A stretch of 64,000 nt of DNA from Antechinus flavipes (lineage: Eukaryota), in contig NC_067399.1 of NCBI RefSeq assembly GCF_016432865.1, positions 225,928,001 through 225,992,000 of the forward strand, read 5' to 3'. Below are positions 24,901 to 36,900 of the stretch, piece after piece. Below the pieces are notes generated by a model. That model searched no databases and was not told the origin of the DNA. It saw nothing but the letters and a program-made list of their open reading frames with translations. A program made the position numbers and the translations under genes. Numbering within the stretch: the stretch's first letter is position 1; each line of letters begins with the position of its first letter.

Positions 24901-27900
24901 GTCTGACTGCTGTCAGAGCAAAAGATATAAACTGCCATGTTAATTTATTTTTCACATCCAAAACCTTAAGTTTTTCTTGGCTTGATTTCAAATTGTTTAC
25001 ACCACAAGAATCCTAAGTGTTGATACATTGTTGGTGGACCTGTGAATGGATCCAATCATTCTGGAGAGCAGTTTGGAACTATGCTCAGAAAGTTATCAAA
25101 CTGTGCATACCCTTTGATCCAGCAGTGTTTCTACTGGGCTTATATCCCCAAGAGATCTTAAAAAAAGGAAAGGGACTTGTATCTGCAAGAATATTTGGGG
25201 CAGCCCTCTTTGTAGTGTCCAGAAACTGGAAACTGAGTAGAGGCCCATCCATTGGAGAATGGCTGAATAAATTAAGGTATATGAATGTTATGGAATATTA
25301 TTGAGAGACTCACAGGAACTGATGTTAAGTGAAATGAGTAGGACCAGGAGATTATTATACACTTCAACAAGAAGACTATATGATGATCAATTCTGATGGA
25401 CATGGCTCTTTTCAATAATGAGATGATTCAAACCAGTTCCAATTGTGCGGTGATGAAGAATGCCATCTATACCCAGAGAGACTGCAGGAATTGAGTGTGT
25501 GGTTCACAATATAGCATAGTTTTTCTTTTTTTTTTCCTTTCTTGATCAAATTTTTCTTGTACATCAAGATAACTATGTATATTTAACTACATATATTGGA
25601 TCTAACATGTATTTTAACATATTTAACATGTACTGGACTACCTGCCAGCTAGGGGAGAGGGTGGGAGGAAGGAAGGGAAAATTTGGAACAAAAATGTCAA
25701 GGGTCAATGTTGGAAAAATTACCCATGCATATGTTTTGTAAATAAAAAGCTTAAACAAAACAAAACAACAACAAAAAAAGAATCCGGAAGTGTCATAATC
25801 CAATAATCAGCTATCACTTCCTTTCCTCAATACAAATATCTTGGGTCTACCACCAGTTGAGTTTCCAATGCTAATTTTAAAGTTTAGAACACAAAGTCCT
25901 AGCAACAAATCTCAATACCCTTGTAACATGAGCTAAATTTCCGTATTTGTATTAGAGTTACATGTATCTTGTGGGTTTTTCAGTCATTGCTAGGGCATGT
26001 TTAGTTCCTGAAACCGCCAATATTTTAAATTTCCACTAAGGGTAGCTTTGAGTTAAGTTTACAAATATAGGCACTGTGTTGAACATATATTGGATTACTT
26101 GCCATCTAGAGGAGGGGGGTGGAAATTGGAACACAAGGTTTTGCAAAGGTCAATGTTGAAAAATTATTCTTGCTTATGTTTTGAAAATAAAAAACTGCAA
26201 TTAAAAACAACATATAACAAAAACAACAATAACAAAAATATATAGGCATTGAAACTGTGATTCTGAGTTTACTCCTTGATATTCTGGTCTTCCACTATTG
26301 CTAAATGAGCATTGATTTGTCCCCTGGAATATTGCTCCCATTTCCCAAAATATAAGTACCTATGACTACAGGAATCCAGACTTAAAAAGTGTATGGGACG
26401 TAAGAGCTGAAAAAAAGACCACAATTAAAGAAACATTTAGTAGATGAATAGGATCAAAATGATCTAAGTAACCACAGGCTGCTGCCAATTGGTAGCTTAA
26501 AAAAACCTTCCTCAAATTTGATTGGGTAGAGGCAGCTAGTTGGTATAGTGGATAGAGGTACCAGCCTGAAGTCAGAAGGACTTGAGTTCAAATCTGGCCT
26601 CTAATACTTCCTAGTTGTGTGATCCTAGGCAAGTCACTTAACTTCAAATACCTGCCAGCTAGGGAAGGGTGGGGGGGAAGGGAAGAGAAAATTTAATTGT
26701 GTAATCTGAGTCCTCAAATTCAACTTTAAGATGTGTATAATTAGGGGAAGATTAATTCCACTAATAATGAATTCAAGATCCGCTTATAAAAGTACAAGTT
26801 AAAAGAGTCAAACCTAGCAAATCTGAGAGAAGCAACTTCTGTGTACTCTATATGCTGAATAAATTAAATTGTAAAAACTGATACCTCCCAGAAAATTAAC
26901 TGCATTGAAAAAGATCTATTTTTCCCCCAAAACCAATATTCTTGACTAACTCTTTTTAGGGTACTAAATCCCTTTTAGGGTTAGCTTGCCAGTCTATGGT
27001 GTAAACATTGCCCCCCATTCCTTTTTGGGGTTAGTCCACTTGTTAAGCATCACAACAGCTAACATCTATTAGGACCCTAAACTCTTCTTATGGTTGTCCC
27101 TGCAATCCCCCACTTACCATATCTTAATGTCGTTTCTGCTAGGAAGCTTGTCTTTCCCCGTGCTAATTGCTAAAACCCCTTTCCTTGCTAAAACACTTAA
27201 TGGATTTAACTCCCTCAGCAGCATAATAAAATCTTTGCCTCTTGATTTGAAGATGGGGATTCTATTTTCAGGTTAATGTCTCTGAAATACTAATCCTAGG
27301 TCACCCTTGTCTGCGCACATTGCCTTTAATTTCTCCATCTGAAATCTACTTCACTGGTTTAGGCTAGATAGCATTTAAATCTTAAGATGGTAACAAAGAT
27401 ATGAGAAACTTTGTGGTCTGATGCTCCACAGTTCATGTAGAAATTAATTTAAAACATATTGAATTTATGGGTTTAACACACAGATTATTTTATAAAATAT
27501 TTTGATGCCCAATAGATACAATTGTTGTAATTGTCTAATTTAGTAAATCTCTTGTCTTTTAAGTTTTCTAAGAACTTTTGAGAAATTGGAAATATTTTTA
27601 TCTCATAAAAATAAGTAACTTTATTGAAGATTTAACATTAGGGATTAATTGTACAATGTAGTCAAGCTTTTTTGTACTATATATTTCTTCATTCAATAAG
27701 AATCTGTTTAGAGAGAATACTTTAAAAATATGTAAAAATGCATAGTCAGTCAAACATTTATTAAATGCCTACTATGTGCTAAGCACTTCATGTATATATA
27801 TGTAAGAGTCCCTATTCTCAAGGAGTTCACAGTCTAAAGGAGGAAGGTGCTAACAGATGGCACCAACAAACAAAAACTTGAATGCATACAAAATACATGC

Positions 27901-30900
27901 ATGATAAATGGGAGATAATCAAGAGAAGGGAGGGACTAGAATTAAAGGGCATCAAGAAAAGCTTTCTATAGAAGGCATAACTTTAGCTAGGACTTGAAGG
28001 AAGCCAAGGGGCAGATTTAAAGGAGAGCACTGTGGTAGGGGGAAGCAGCTCATTAAAAAAGCACTCTAAATCAGAGGAGTATTTTCAGTGAACAGTAAGG
28101 CCAGTGTCACTGGATCACAGACTATCAATGGAGAGTGTAACAATACTAGAAAAGGGAGAGAGGTGTGACTGACAGGTTATGAAAGGCTTTTAGGGCCACA
28201 TAAAGGATTTTATATTTGAACCTAGTGGTGAAAAGAAGCCATTAAGGTAATTGAGTCGGGGAGTCTGACAAGGTCAGATTGATGCTTTAAGAAGATGTCT
28301 AAGGGAGAGACTGAGTCAGGCAGATCAAATAGCAGACTATCCCAATAGTCTAGTTTGAGGTGAGGAGGGCCTACACCAACATATCCCCTCTCAAAGGAAA
28401 GAAGTATTTGAGAAAAATAAAACTGAAGGTCTTGGCAAGAGATTAGATATGAAAACGGAGAGAAAAGGACAATTTGAGGATGTCATCTAGTTTGTGAGCT
28501 TGTGTGAGTTGGTCTAAGAATGACAGGATTCTCAAAAAACAAGGAAGAGAAGAGAAAAAGGTTTTGGGGAAAAGATAATGAGTTCAATTTTGGACATGTT
28601 GGTGTCCGACGATGCATTAGATATCTATAGGACATCCAATTTGGTTATGTTCCAGTATAACATTAAGTTCAAGATGTCTATCTCCAGTGGGAGATATAAG
28701 ACTAGATCTGGGTCAGCAAAAAATTTAGGGATAGTTAAGCACTTTGAAAATCATTAAGCATAAGATAAAGATAGAGGTGGATCAATGAATCTATGGGTGT
28801 GGATGAAAACACTATGTGAAATATAGAGGGAAAAGATGGTGTAGAACAGAACTCTGAGGGACATCCGTGGTTAAATGGGAATGACCTGGATAAAGATCCT
28901 ATAAAGGAGACTGAGGAGTAGAATCTGGAAAGAGAAATGTCATGAAAACCTGGAGAAATCTAGTAGAAGAGGATAATTGATAATTACAAAATTAGTAATA
29001 ACTCTGGAGAGAGCATTTTCTGTTGAATGATGAGGTCAGAAGACAGACTACAGAGTTATGAAGAAACTGAGAAAAGAAAAGAAATATAAGACAATAGCTA
29101 CGAGGGACAGATGGGTTAAGAAGCTTTTTTGAGCAAGGAAATGGCACAGACTTGTTTGTACAAAGTAGTGAAGCAGCAAGAAAGGGAAAGAGAATAAAGA
29201 TAAGAGACAGCGGGGATGAGAGAGGGCATAATCTACTGGAGAAGATTGATGGAATGGGACCATTTGTCAATACAGAGGGGTTTGCCTTGGCTGAAGGAAG
29301 AGATAATAATGGCACAAAATATCTGGGTGATGTGAGATGAAGAAGGCGCTATTTTTTTTTTTTTTTGAAAATATAAGGCAAAGGGTTTTAAATAAGAAAG
29401 GAGAAAACTAAGGGAGATATAAGAAGAATCATGGGAGGACAGAGTAAAAAAAGGTTTGGATAAGCTGCTGTGGTGAGTGGGAGAGTGAATCAATTAGAAA
29501 TGTGTAAAAGGATTGTCTTGCAGCAGTAAGAGTTAAATTATATAATGTATATTTGCTGTGGATACAATCAGTATGATCCCATGATATTTCTCTAGATTTT
29601 TTTAGCAGCACATGACGAAGTGATCCAAATGTGACGGTTTGCAGGTCAAGTTCATCAATACAAAAGGGGAACAAGGGATTTCAGTGAAGACCAATGTCAT
29701 CAAGAGTTCAAAATGGGGAAAGAAAGAGAATGTAGTAAATATAGGGATGATAGCGTGAGAAAAAAATGAGGGTTTAAGGGACAATGAGGACAAAGAACAG
29801 CATCTGGAATTGCACGGCAAGAGAGGTGAAATGACAAGTCTGTCAAAGTTCAGAGTTATAATACAACTGTTCATAATTAATAAGAAGAAATTGAGGGGAT
29901 TAGGGCAGCAAGTAATTAATTGTAGTTAACTGAGTGAACCACACTGACTCCATCTTTGGACTCAATTCTAGAGCTAGCTCTTTAATGAGGATCAAAGCAA
30001 ATTTACCTTAAGTGTCCAATGATCTATCAATATACTCTGGAAAATACCCAATGATTTAATAAATTTTTAAAAAGATGAAATATTGTCATAACATAGCAAA
30101 ACAATATCATATAAGTAAAGCCTAGAAAAGATCAGCCTAATTAGAATTCTTTGCAATCACAAATATGAATTCAACAAGGAACCAAATACTCCTGTTTTTG
30201 TCTTACCTCATCTATGTTTCTAAGCCATTTGCTGATGTTTTCAAAACTTTTACCATTGGTGATGTCATACACTAGCATGATTCCCATAGCTCCTCTGTAG
30301 TAGGATGTGGTGATGGTGTGAAATCGCTCCTGTCCTGCTGTATCCCTGGGAATAAACACCCATAATTAACATATTAAGCATTTAAATAATAATATATTAA
30401 AGAGAATTTTATATTGTGTGTGTATGCACGCACACATGTGTGTATAAAAATCAAACATTCATAAGCTAAATATGTAAGTAGCATTGTAGAAATCACCATT
30501 TTCAGCACTTTGGAATAGTGTGATTCTTAGGATATTGCGATCACAGACCATAAATCTAAAAAGGACTTCAGCAGTTGTCAAGCCTATCCCCCAACTCTCA
30601 TTAAGACAGTAAGTAACTATTTTTTTAAGAAGTGAGGACGGTCCATAGAACTAAGTGTTAAGCCTAGGGTTAAAAGGTAGTAAAGACTAAGATACTATTA
30701 CACACTTCTTAGGTTGTCTAGGATGACAGGAAAAGATAATGATGCATGTTAGAGGGGATGTGGGAAAACTGGGACATTGATATATTGTTGGTGGAATTGT
30801 GAACTGATCCCGCCATTCTGGATAGTGATTTGGAACTATGCTCAAAAAGTTATCAACCTGTGCATACCCTTTGATCCAGCAGTATTTCTACTGGACTTGT

Positions 30901-33900
30901 ATCCCAAAGGGATCTTAAAGGAGGGAAAGGGACCCACATGTGGAAAAATGTTTGTGGCAGCCCTCTTGGTAGTGGCTAGAAACTGGAAACTGAATGAATG
31001 CCCATCAATTAGAGAATGGATGAATAAATTATGATATATGAATGTTATCAAATATTATTATTCTGTAAGAAATGACCAACAGGATGACTTCAGAGAGGCC
31101 CGAAGAGACTTTCAGGAACTGATGCTAAATGAAATGAGCAGAACCAGGAGATCATTATGCACAGTAAGACTATACGATGATCAATTCGTTTTTTTTTTTT
31201 TTTTAAATAACTTTTTATTGACAGAACCCATGCCAGGGTAATTTTTTACAGCATTATCCCTTGCATTCACTTCTGTTCCGATTTTTCCCCTCCCTTTCCC
31301 ACCCCCTCCCCCCAGACGGCAAGCAGTCTTTTACATGTTAAATAGGTTACAGTATATCCTAGATACAATATATGTGTGCAGAACCGAACAGTTTTTTGTT
31401 GCACAGGGAGAATTGAATTCAGAAGGTAGAAATAACACGGGAAGAAAAACAAAAATGCGAGCAGTTTATATTCATTTCCCAGTGTTCTTTCTTTGGGTGT
31501 AGCTGCTTCTGGCCATCTTTGATCAATTAAAGCTCTCTTTATCGAAGAGATCCACTTCCATCAGAATACATCCTCAAACAGTATCGTTGTTGAGGTATAT
31601 AATGATCTCCTGGTTCTGCTCGTTTCACTTAGCATCAGTTCATGTAAGTCTCGCCAGTCCTCTCTGTATTCAGAACAATAATATTCCATAACATTCATAT
31701 ACCTTACTCAATCATTCTCCAATTGATGGGCATCCATTCATTTTCCAGCTTCTAGCCACTACAAACAGGGCTGCCACAAACATTTTGGCACATACAGGTC
31801 CCTTTCCCTTCTTTAGTATCTCTTTGGGGTACAAGCCCAGTAGAAACACTGTTGGATCAAAAGGTATGCACAATTTGATAACTTTTTGAGCATAGTTCCA
31901 AATTGCTCTTCAGAACGGCTGGATGTGTTCACACTTCCACCAACAGTGTATCAGTGTCCCTGTTTTCCCACATCCCCTCCAACATTCTGCATTATCTTTC
32001 CCTGTCAATCTGACAATCTGACAGGTGTGTAGTGGTATCTCAGAGTTGTCTTAATTTGCATTTCTCTGATTAATAATGATTTTGAGCATATTTTCATATG
32101 TCTATAAATAGTTTCAATTTCTTCGTCTGATAATTGTCTGTTCATATCCTTTGACCATTTTACGATGATCAAAACTGATGGATGTGGCTGTCTTCAACAA
32201 AGAGATGATTCAATTGTTCAATAATTAAGAAAGCCTTCTACACTCAGAGAGAGGACTATGGGAACTGAGTGTGGAACACAGCATAGCATTTTCACTCTTT
32301 TTGTTGCTGTTTGCTTGCATTTTGTTTTCTTTCTCAGGTCCCCCCCCCCCCCACTTCTGGATCAGATTTTTCTTGTGCAGCAAGATAACTGCATAAATAT
32401 GTATACATATATTAGATTTAATATATATTTAACATTTATTGGACTACTTGCCATCTAGGGGATGGGAGGAAGGAAGGAAAAATTTGGATCAGAAGGTTTT
32501 GCAGGGTCAATGTTGAAAAATTACCCACCTGTGTTTTGTAAATAAAAAGCTTTAATTTAAAAAAAAAAAAAGGTAGTAAAGATACTAAGTAACAGAGATA
32601 ACCTTGGATATAATTTCAACTAAGTGTGGACAGTCACCACAGACAGGTACCAAGATATAAACTAAAATTAATTAGCACCAAAATGGGAGAACTAAAAAAA
32701 GACTATAATCTCCCCTCCTCCCCCTACTTTACCTAATAGTATAAAGTAGATGTAATGAGTCCTCATTTGTGTCTGATTTTTAGATATAACAGATATTTAG
32801 GAGACTTTGATAAAAGGTTAATAAAAATTCTTAACTTAGATGCTGTCATTTTCAGAAGTTGGTAGATGCTAGATATGCAGAGTAGATATGACTCCTTAAA
32901 AAACTGGTTTGTTTTGTGATATGTATTGTGAGGGGTGGGTATTCGGTTGGTCAGGTCTTGTTTACAACACATTGGTATTATAAACCCTGGGGGGGGGGGG
33001 GAAACTAAAAAATTAAAGTTAGTGATATAACTACTTTTATTACTTGCTATAAATGATAGATGCATTCATTGCAAACCAATAAAAAGAAATTAAACACTCC
33101 AATTTTTAACTTCTTCTATAACTCTGAAATGTAATATAGCTTTGATACATGTAACTTTTTAAGTCACCCTTGTACCAAAAATTGACTATATGCATCAAGA
33201 ATGTTTAATAAAAGTTTGTTCCATTTATTATTTATCAGTTTGAGTCTAAATTAGTATAGTCTAGTGCTACCAACCAATTGAGTTTACCAAGCTTCATTTA
33301 ATCAATTAATTTAGAGTAACAGTCAATTTAAAATAGTTTAAATCCCAGCTCCTTCTTTCTTGGTATGACCCCAGGACCTTTCCTGATGAATTTAGGCCAT
33401 CATCAAACAACACATAATAAGCAGATGAGTTGTGGAGGCAGCAGAATATGAAACTGTTAGGTCCTCTAGCTACTTTGGTCATCATGGGGAGAAAGAATAT
33501 AGGAAGAGTTTAGGCTATCTCCAAGACACCTTCTTAGAGTTTGTTCATTAACCCAGTCCTACTATAAGTATTTTTGTTATTTGACAAAGGTGAGATATTC
33601 TCAGCACAGAACCACCTCATCATCTAATAGTCAAAAGACTTAAGGTCAAGAGACAACGTATTTATCCAGTGTACATGAAAACTTTAAAAAGCTCAACTAG
33701 AGCAGAGCACAACAGCTGTAGCGTAGGAGGATTAGAGGATCCACAATTCAATTATCTTTAGAGTAATAACTATTTAGGGAAAACATCTTCTAAAATGCCC
33801 TACATATACACACCCACTAACACTTTCTACATATTATACACAATTAGCAAATTATATACACAGTTCTGTGAGTCTATCTGTACCTAAATTCTTTATCAAG

Positions 33901-36900
33901 AAAACAATGACAAAACAGATCATGAAGTTTAAAAAATGTGACTCTAAAGTATCTGTAAACTATTCCCTTCACTATCTCCTTCTGGATATGGTTTTCATTA
34001 ACCCTCCAAAGGACTTTCACTTCTAAATAACTATTTCCAAATGATCCTATCCCTACAGTCTATATACTTTTGTGTAAATCTTCTTTTGGTGGCTATCTGC
34101 CAATTGTTTAAAGAATTGTTTACTTATAACTTATTAAAGCTGAACAAAAGTGAACCCTCCTTTTCTACAGTACCTCCAAGTCAGATAAATTATGTTCCTA
34201 GGTCTTAGGCACAGTGTTGTGGTCAGGCTTGAAGACACAACTACTAGTTTTTGGCTAGTCATGTATGATTATCTATTGCAGATTTTAGAGGAGAGTATTT
34301 CACAAAGCTTACAAAAAGGAAAGATAGGATCCCATGGCCTAAGTTTCTACAGAGAAGCTAGCTCAGAAGAATGGTATCTAATCACAACATGATTCTAATA
34401 AGGAAGAAAGGAGGATCTGTGAAAAGAGACAAATAGAAACAGATAGGGCTATACGGTTCTAAGAGCACAGACTACAGTTTAAAGACTCCACCACAAATCC
34501 TGGTTTGGCCACTTCCTTTTACGATCTTGAACAAATTATTTAATGTTGCTGGGCTGATGTTTTCTTTTATAAAATGAGGCATATGGAGTAGGTGATTTCT
34601 GAGTTCCCTTCCAACTAAGAGAAAATCAAATGCTTCTTTTGAGTCAAAGGCAAATATTTGAATTGTGACTAAGTCCTACAATATGCTCAGAACAGCTCTT
34701 TGATTCATCATAATCCAGGTTTTAACTCAATTCAAAACATTAAGTGCTTACTATGTTTAGGAGACTGTATTGGGGATATAGGATAACATGCATTTGAAGG
34801 CATCACTTACAAAAAAGAGACTAAGAACTGTGAACCTGTGCAGTATAAACTAGTTTTTAAAATAGAATTAAAATTAAATATTTCAAATATATAAAAGTTT
34901 ATCAAACGAGACATTTTGATAAGTAATGTAGAAAGGGAAATTCTATCAAATACTATGTTTTCCCTACTCACATGAAGACAGCCATGTACCATAAGTCCAA
35001 TTCACAGCTAAAAAAGAATTCTCTAAAACCTGTCTGATGTGAAGTCATTGTCTATAGCTTTCAGTGGGGCAAACCAAATATTGCTCCATTTCATTTTGGG
35101 ATACAGAATTCTAGTTGTTAGGAAATTTTCTTTATAATAAATCTAAATTTCTCTATTTAAATTTTATCCCATTCATCCTGTTTCTGTCTTCTCAAACCAT
35201 GCAAAACAAATCTCATCTTCCTTCCAGATAATATTCATTCAAATATTTCAATAGATTTATCATGTTCTCTCTTAAGCATACTCTTCTTCAAACTAATCAA
35301 TCTTATTTTTTCTTTAATTGATCCTTACATGGTACAGACTTAAGGACCTCCATCATCTTGGTTGCCCTGCTCTGGATTCTCTCCATTTTATCTACATCAT
35401 TCTGAAAATGGAGGGTCTATAACTGAACACAATACTTTCAACACTGAGCAGAATAGCCTATGGGGAACTAATTCTTTCCTAATCCAGGCTAAAAAAAGTT
35501 AGCTTTTGGAGAGATTCCTGATGATAGTATTGACTTGATAAAGGCATCTATAGATCATCTGCTTATCAAATTTAAAAATGACACCAAGGTGGAAAAGATA
35601 ACTGACATGTTGTATGACAATCAGGATTCAAAAATACCTAAGACAGGCTAGACTACTGAGCCACATCCAATAAGACTAAATTTAGTAGGAATAAATGTAA
35701 AGTCTCATTTAGTCTCAAGATATCAACTTTTACAAAGGGACCTGGCTAGCTGTACTGACTTTGAATTACACTTAGGTAAAGTAAAAAAGAAACAAAAGTT
35801 AAAAGCTCATAATCCAAGCTGCTATCCTGTTTTTGTGTAAGACAAAAGGATAGCTTCTTCTACAAGCTAGGTTAGATGAGCTCAGTTCCATAGTCCACTT
35901 TGCTTCCTATTTTGTCTACTTTGTCATATTTTTCCCTCCCAATTTAGTTTACTTTGTCTTCCTATTTATCCCAACAACAAGACTAGAAATATATACATTA
36001 TATATAACACGTAAAAGGAGAGTGATAGCTTGGACTAATGATATATAATAATAAGCTTGATCTTCTGCATTGCTTTCAGCAGGGCTTACCCTACCCAACT
36101 TTTTAAGATGTGGGAAGCTAAAGCAGGTATGGTAGAAGTTTTTAGAATGACTTGTTCTTGATAAGTAGGCTTTTCTATTCAATAATTTCTAACAGACTGA
36201 GTGAAGTTTCATTCATTAGAGTAGCAAACTATAGACACACTCTACTTGATGCAGTTAAATCAAACTTATTACATAATTTGGGATTAGTTTTAAGAAATAA
36301 CACAACTTGAAAAATATAAATATATAAGAAAAGGGTGAAAAAATCACAAACTAGGAAAATACCCTTTTGTAGTTAAATTGATATCTAGCTGACATTTTTT
36401 AGTAGGAAAATGATTACACTTATGGGCTGCTTACCACATCAGAATATAAGATCCTCAAGGTCAAGGGCTATATCTTTTATCTTCATATTCCCAATTCTTA
36501 GTATAGTATATAGTATAGTAAGCAGGCACTTAATAAATGTCTACTGATTGATAACAACTTTTCATCTGAATGAACAACTTTACTGGTCCTGTTTATTTAG
36601 CACTTCTTCGGTTCAAAAGAAATTATTCATGGACCACAGATGTCTTAAATACAAGGTCTTAATACTTATATAATTATATTGAACTTCTAGTCAAAGAACT
36701 GAGCTTCCTAAGCTATTGTTATATTTTATGCCAACAAAGTAAAATAATTATTTCATTAGGTAATGCAAAGTCAAGAAAATTTCAAATGGAATTCAAAACA
36801 TTAACAGGACAACTTGAATTCTATCTACTCAGAGTTTATATGTTTGTTTTAAAGTGCAGTTTTGGTTAAAACTTTTTAGGAAAAAAATTCTGTCTATACT

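Noticed and set aside
32989-33001. G13 run (also C15 at 1205-1219 and a C-run near 32340)
   Set aside because: Isolated homopolymers without the multi-tract pattern of a G-quadruplex; prone to slippage and sequencing error.
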